From the NCBI RefSeq assembly GCF_902713615.1, contig NC_052157.1, positions 17,408,566 to 17,472,565 on the forward strand: DNA of 64,000 nt, given 5' to 3'. A model generated the notes under the pieces. That model did no database searches. It was not told the DNA's origin and worked only from the letters and a program-made list of their open reading frames with translations. Numbering within the stretch: position 1 is the stretch's first letter; each line of letters starts with the position of its first letter. This document shows positions 60,100 to 64,000 of the stretch, piece by piece. Made by a program: the position numbers and the translations under genes. The DNA is from Scyliorhinus canicula (lineage: Eukaryota).

Positions 60100-63000
60100 A
60101 GTCCAGGAAGTACACTTCCTCAGTGTTTCCCCTCCTACCTCCTCCTCTAACCAAAAAAAAACAACCACGGTCGTTGGGAAGTGGGAGCATGGACCTGTCA
60201 GGAAGGTGAGTGAGTGCCTTTAAATTTGCTTACCTTTCAGCGGGAGCGGCCTCCGGATTTTCAGCAGGAGCAGGGGCCTGTCGGGAAGGTGAGTGCCTGT
60301 AACAAGTCGGGTGGTTGCTAAACCCGAGACACTACACTTGCAGTGTCCCCCACCCTTCCGCCTCCTCTAACCGAAGGGTTTGAGGGAATATCAGGTAAGA
60401 AGCTTGCGCAGGTCAAAGAGACACAGCCGGAGTGAGGCACATCCAGAGTGGGAATTGCAACTTGGTAATTTGGTGCAGTGAGGTAATTTGGTGCAGAGTG
60501 AGAGAAGGTGCATTTCCGGAGGTGCTTTTTAACCCTGGTAAGTGACTGGTAAGTAGCTTTTCTTTTCATTGTCTAATTTATTTATTTTTATTTTGAAATG
60601 GTTGTTGTATAAGTTTACCTAAGGTTTAAGACATGGCAGGAGATCCCTGACCCGTGTTATGCTCCTCGTGTGCTTTGTGGGAGCTCAGGGACACCTCCAC
60701 TGTCCCTGGCTCCTTCACGTGCAAGAAGTGTTTTCAGTTGCAGGTCCTGTTAGACCACTTGACGGCTCTGGAGCTGCGGATGGACTCACTTTGGAGCATC
60801 CGCGATGCTGAAGAGGTCGTGGATAGCACGTTTAGCGAGTTGGTCACACCGCAGGTGAAAATTAATGAGGGAGATAGAAAATGGGTGACCAAATGAAAGA
60901 GCAAGAGTAGGAAGGCAGTGCAGGTGTCCCCTGCGGTCATCTCCCTGCAAAACAGATATACCACTTTGGATACTGTTGAGGGAGATGGCTCACCAGGGGA
61001 AGGCAGCAGATGCCAGGTTCATGGCACCGTAGCTGGCTCTGCTGCGCAGCAGGGCAGGAAGAAAAATGGCAGGGCTATAGTGATAGGGGACTCGATCGTA
61101 AGGGGATTAGACAGGCGGTTCTGTGGACGCAATCGAGATTCCAGGATGGTATGTTGCCTCCCTGGTGCAAGGGTCAAGGATGTCTCGGAGCGGCTGCAGG
61201 ACATTCTGGGGGGGGGGGGGGGGGGGGGGGGGGAGGGTGAACAGCCAGCTGTCATGGTGCACATAGGCACCAACGATATAGGTAAAAAACGGGATGAGGT
61301 CCTACAAGCTGAATTCAGGGAGTTAGGAGTTAAACTTAAAAGTAGGACCTCAAAGGTAGTAATCTCAGGATTGCTACCAGTGCCACGAGCTAGTCAGAGT
61401 AGGAATGTCAGGATAGATAGGATGAATACGTGGCTCGAGAGATGGTGCAAGAGGGAGGGATTCAAATTCCTGGGGCATTGGGACAGGTTCTGGGGGAGGT
61501 GGGGCCAGTACAAACCGGACGGTCTGCACCTTGGCAGGACTGGAACCGATGTCCTATGGAGAGTGTTTGCTAGAGCTGTTGGGGAGGGTTTAAACTAATG
61601 TGGCAGGGGGATGGGAACCGATGCAGGAAGTTGGAAGGTAGTAAAACAGGGACAGAAACGAAAGGAAGTAAGGGGGAAAGTGCAAGGCAGAGAAGACATA
61701 GTCAAAAATCAAAAAGGGTGACAGTACAAGGTACAGTGACTGAGGGGAGCTCAGTGAATAGACCCAGTAATACTAAAAGGAGTAAAACTGGAGATTTTAA
61801 GATTCAATACAGAGGTAAAAAAACCAACATAAGTGTACTTTACCTGAATGCTCGTAGTATTCGGAGTAAAGTAAATGAGTTGATGGCGCAAATCATCGTG
61901 AATGACTATGATTTAGTGGCCATTACTGAAACATGGTTAAAGGATGGTCACGACTGGGAGTTAAATACCCGAGGGTATCAAACTTTTCGGAAGGACAGAG
62001 TGGGTGGTAAGGGAGGTGGTGTAGCTCTGTTATTTAAGGATGACATCCGGGCAATAGTTAGGGATGATATCGGTGCTATGTAGGATAAGGTTGAATCCAT
62101 TTGGGTGGAAATCAGGAATAGTAAGGCAAAAAAGTCACTGATAGGAGTAGTGTATCAGCCACCAAATAGTAACGTTATGGTGGGGCAGGCAATAAACAAA
62201 GAGATAACTGATGCATGTAGAAATGGTACAGCAGTTATCATGGGGGATTTTAATCTACATGTCGATTGGCTTAACCAGGTCGGTCAAGGCAACCTTGAGA
62301 AGGAGTTTATAGAATGTATCCGCGATAGCTTCCAAGAACAGTATGTAATGGAACCTACGGGGGAACAAGCGGTCCTAGATCTTGTCCTGTGTAATGAGAC
62401 AGGATTGATTCATGATCTCATAGTTAGGGATCCTCTCGGAAGGAGCGATCACAATATGGTGGAATTTAAAATACAGATGGAAGGTGAGAAGGTAAAATCA
62501 AATACTAGTGTTTTGTGTTTAAACAAAGGAGATTACAATGGGATGAGAGAAGAACTAGCTAAGGTAGACTGGGAGCAAAGACTTTATGGTGGAACAGTTG
62601 AGGAACAGTGGAGAACCTTCCAAGCGATTTTTCACAGTGCTCAGCAAAGGTTTATACCCACAAAAAGGAAGGACGGTAGAAAGAGTGAACATCGACCGTG
62701 GATATCTAAGGAAATAAGGGAGAGTATCAAATTGAAGGAAAGAGCATACAAAGTGGCAAAGATTGGTGGGAGACTAGAGGACTGGGAAATATTTAAGGGG
62801 CAACAGAAAGCTACTAAAAAAGCTATAAAGAAGAGTAAGATAGAGTATGAGAGTAAACTTGCTCAGAATATAAAAGCAGACAGCAAAAGTTTTTACAAAT
62901 ATATAAAGCAAAAAAGAGTGGCTAAGGTAAATATTGGTCCTTTAGAGGATGAGAAGGGAGTTTTAATAATGGGAGATGAGGAGATGGCTGAGGAACTGAA

Positions 63001-64000
63001 CAGGTTTTTTTGGTCGGTCTTCACAGTGGAAGACACAAATAACATTAGGGGCTGGTTTAGCTCACTGAGCTAAATCGCTGGCTTTTAAAGCAGACCAAGC
63101 AGGCCAGCAGCACGGTTCGATTCCCGTACCAGCCCCCCCGGACAGGCGCCGGAATGTGGCGACTAGGGGCTTTTCACAGTAACTTCATTGAAGCCTACTC
63201 GTGACAATAAGCGATTTTCATTTTCACATGCCAGTGACTGATAGAAATGAGGTTATGACAGGTGATGACCTTGAGAGGATTGGTATCACTCAGGAGGTAG
63301 TGATGGGCAAGCTAATGGGGCTAAAGGTAGTCAAGTCTCCTGGCCCTGATGGAATGCATCCCAGAGTGCTAAAAGAGATGGCTAGGGAAATTGCAGATGC
63401 ACTAGTGATAATTTACCAAAATTCACTAGACTCTGGGGTGGTCCCGATGGATTGGAAATTAGCAAACGTGACACCACTGTTTAAAAAAGGAGGTAGGCAG
63501 AGAGCAGGAAATTATAGGCCAGTGAGCTTAACGTCGGTAGTAGGGAAGGTGTTGGAATCTTTCATCAAGGAAGAAATTGCGAGGCATCTGGATAGAAATT
63601 GTCCCATTGGGCAGACGCAGCATGGGTTCATAAAGGGCAGGTCGTGCCTAACTAATTTAGTGGAATTTTTTGAGGACATTACCAGTGCAGTGGATAATGG
63701 GGAGCCAATGGATGTGGTATATCTGGATTTCCAGAAAGCTTTTGACAAGGTGCCACACAAAAGGCTGCTGCATCAGATAAAGATGCATGGCATTAAGGGT
63801 AAAGTAGTAGCATGGATAGTGGATTGGTTAATTAATAGAAAGCAAAGAGTGGGGATTAATGGGTGTTTCTCTGGATGGCAATCAGTATCTAGTGGTGTCC
63901 CTCAGGGATCTGTGTTGGGCCCACAATTGTTCACAATCTACATAGATGATTTGGAGTTCGGGACCAAGGGCAATGTGTCCAAGTTTGCAGATGACACTAA
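60100..64000 (+). mobile_element. Near full-length CR1 LINE (5'UTR, ORF1 zinc finger/SGNH esterase, ORF2), runs off the right edge
   Basis: ORF1 CSSC..CKKC, VIGDSIVRG, HIGTND, DGLHL (ATG ~60633, premature stops); ORF2 from 61598 with a TAG at 62081; very similar to 21101-24487. Confidence 0.95.
63048..63225 (+). mobile_element. Short SINE inserted in CR1 ORF2
   Basis: Absent from the sister CR1 at ~22810; flanked by ACAT. Confidence 0.9.

Overview
Vertebrate nuclear DNA, very probably a shark/elasmobranch (HE1/V-SINE-type tRNA SINEs, CR1, L1, Gypsy, Penelope, PIF/Harbinger; many long G/C runs). No prokaryotic features, rRNA, true tRNA genes or CRISPR. The host content is a tandem/inverted cluster of UDP-glucuronosyltransferase (UGT) genes with a single coding exon (UGT5-like): an intact gene on the minus strand (ATG 11683, stop 10073) and a frameshifted gene on the plus strand (45702-47313). 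Reading the non-coding DNA shows the cluster is larger than the ORF track suggests: (i) an orphan UGT 3' end (last codons, 3'UTR, poly(A) signal) at 29590-34420 whose CDS is missing; (ii) three homologous promoter/non-coding-exon modules (3.4-3.6 kb minus, 44.05-44.25 kb plus, 59.8-60.0 kb plus), predicting further UGT genes beyond both window edges; (iii) a 3'-half CDS block almost identical between the two paralogues while the N-terminal halves and UTRs are divergent, suggesting gene conversion. The rest is nested transposons: a degenerate Gypsy with 3' LTR, a full-length L1 with 16-bp TSD, CR1 copies, a near-complete Harbinger (transposase plus 3-exon Myb/SANT gene) with cognate MITEs, solo LTRs, and an unusual pol-less LTR element whose gag runs into about 850 codons of frame-preserving repeats. 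All alignments were made by eye; identities are estimates.
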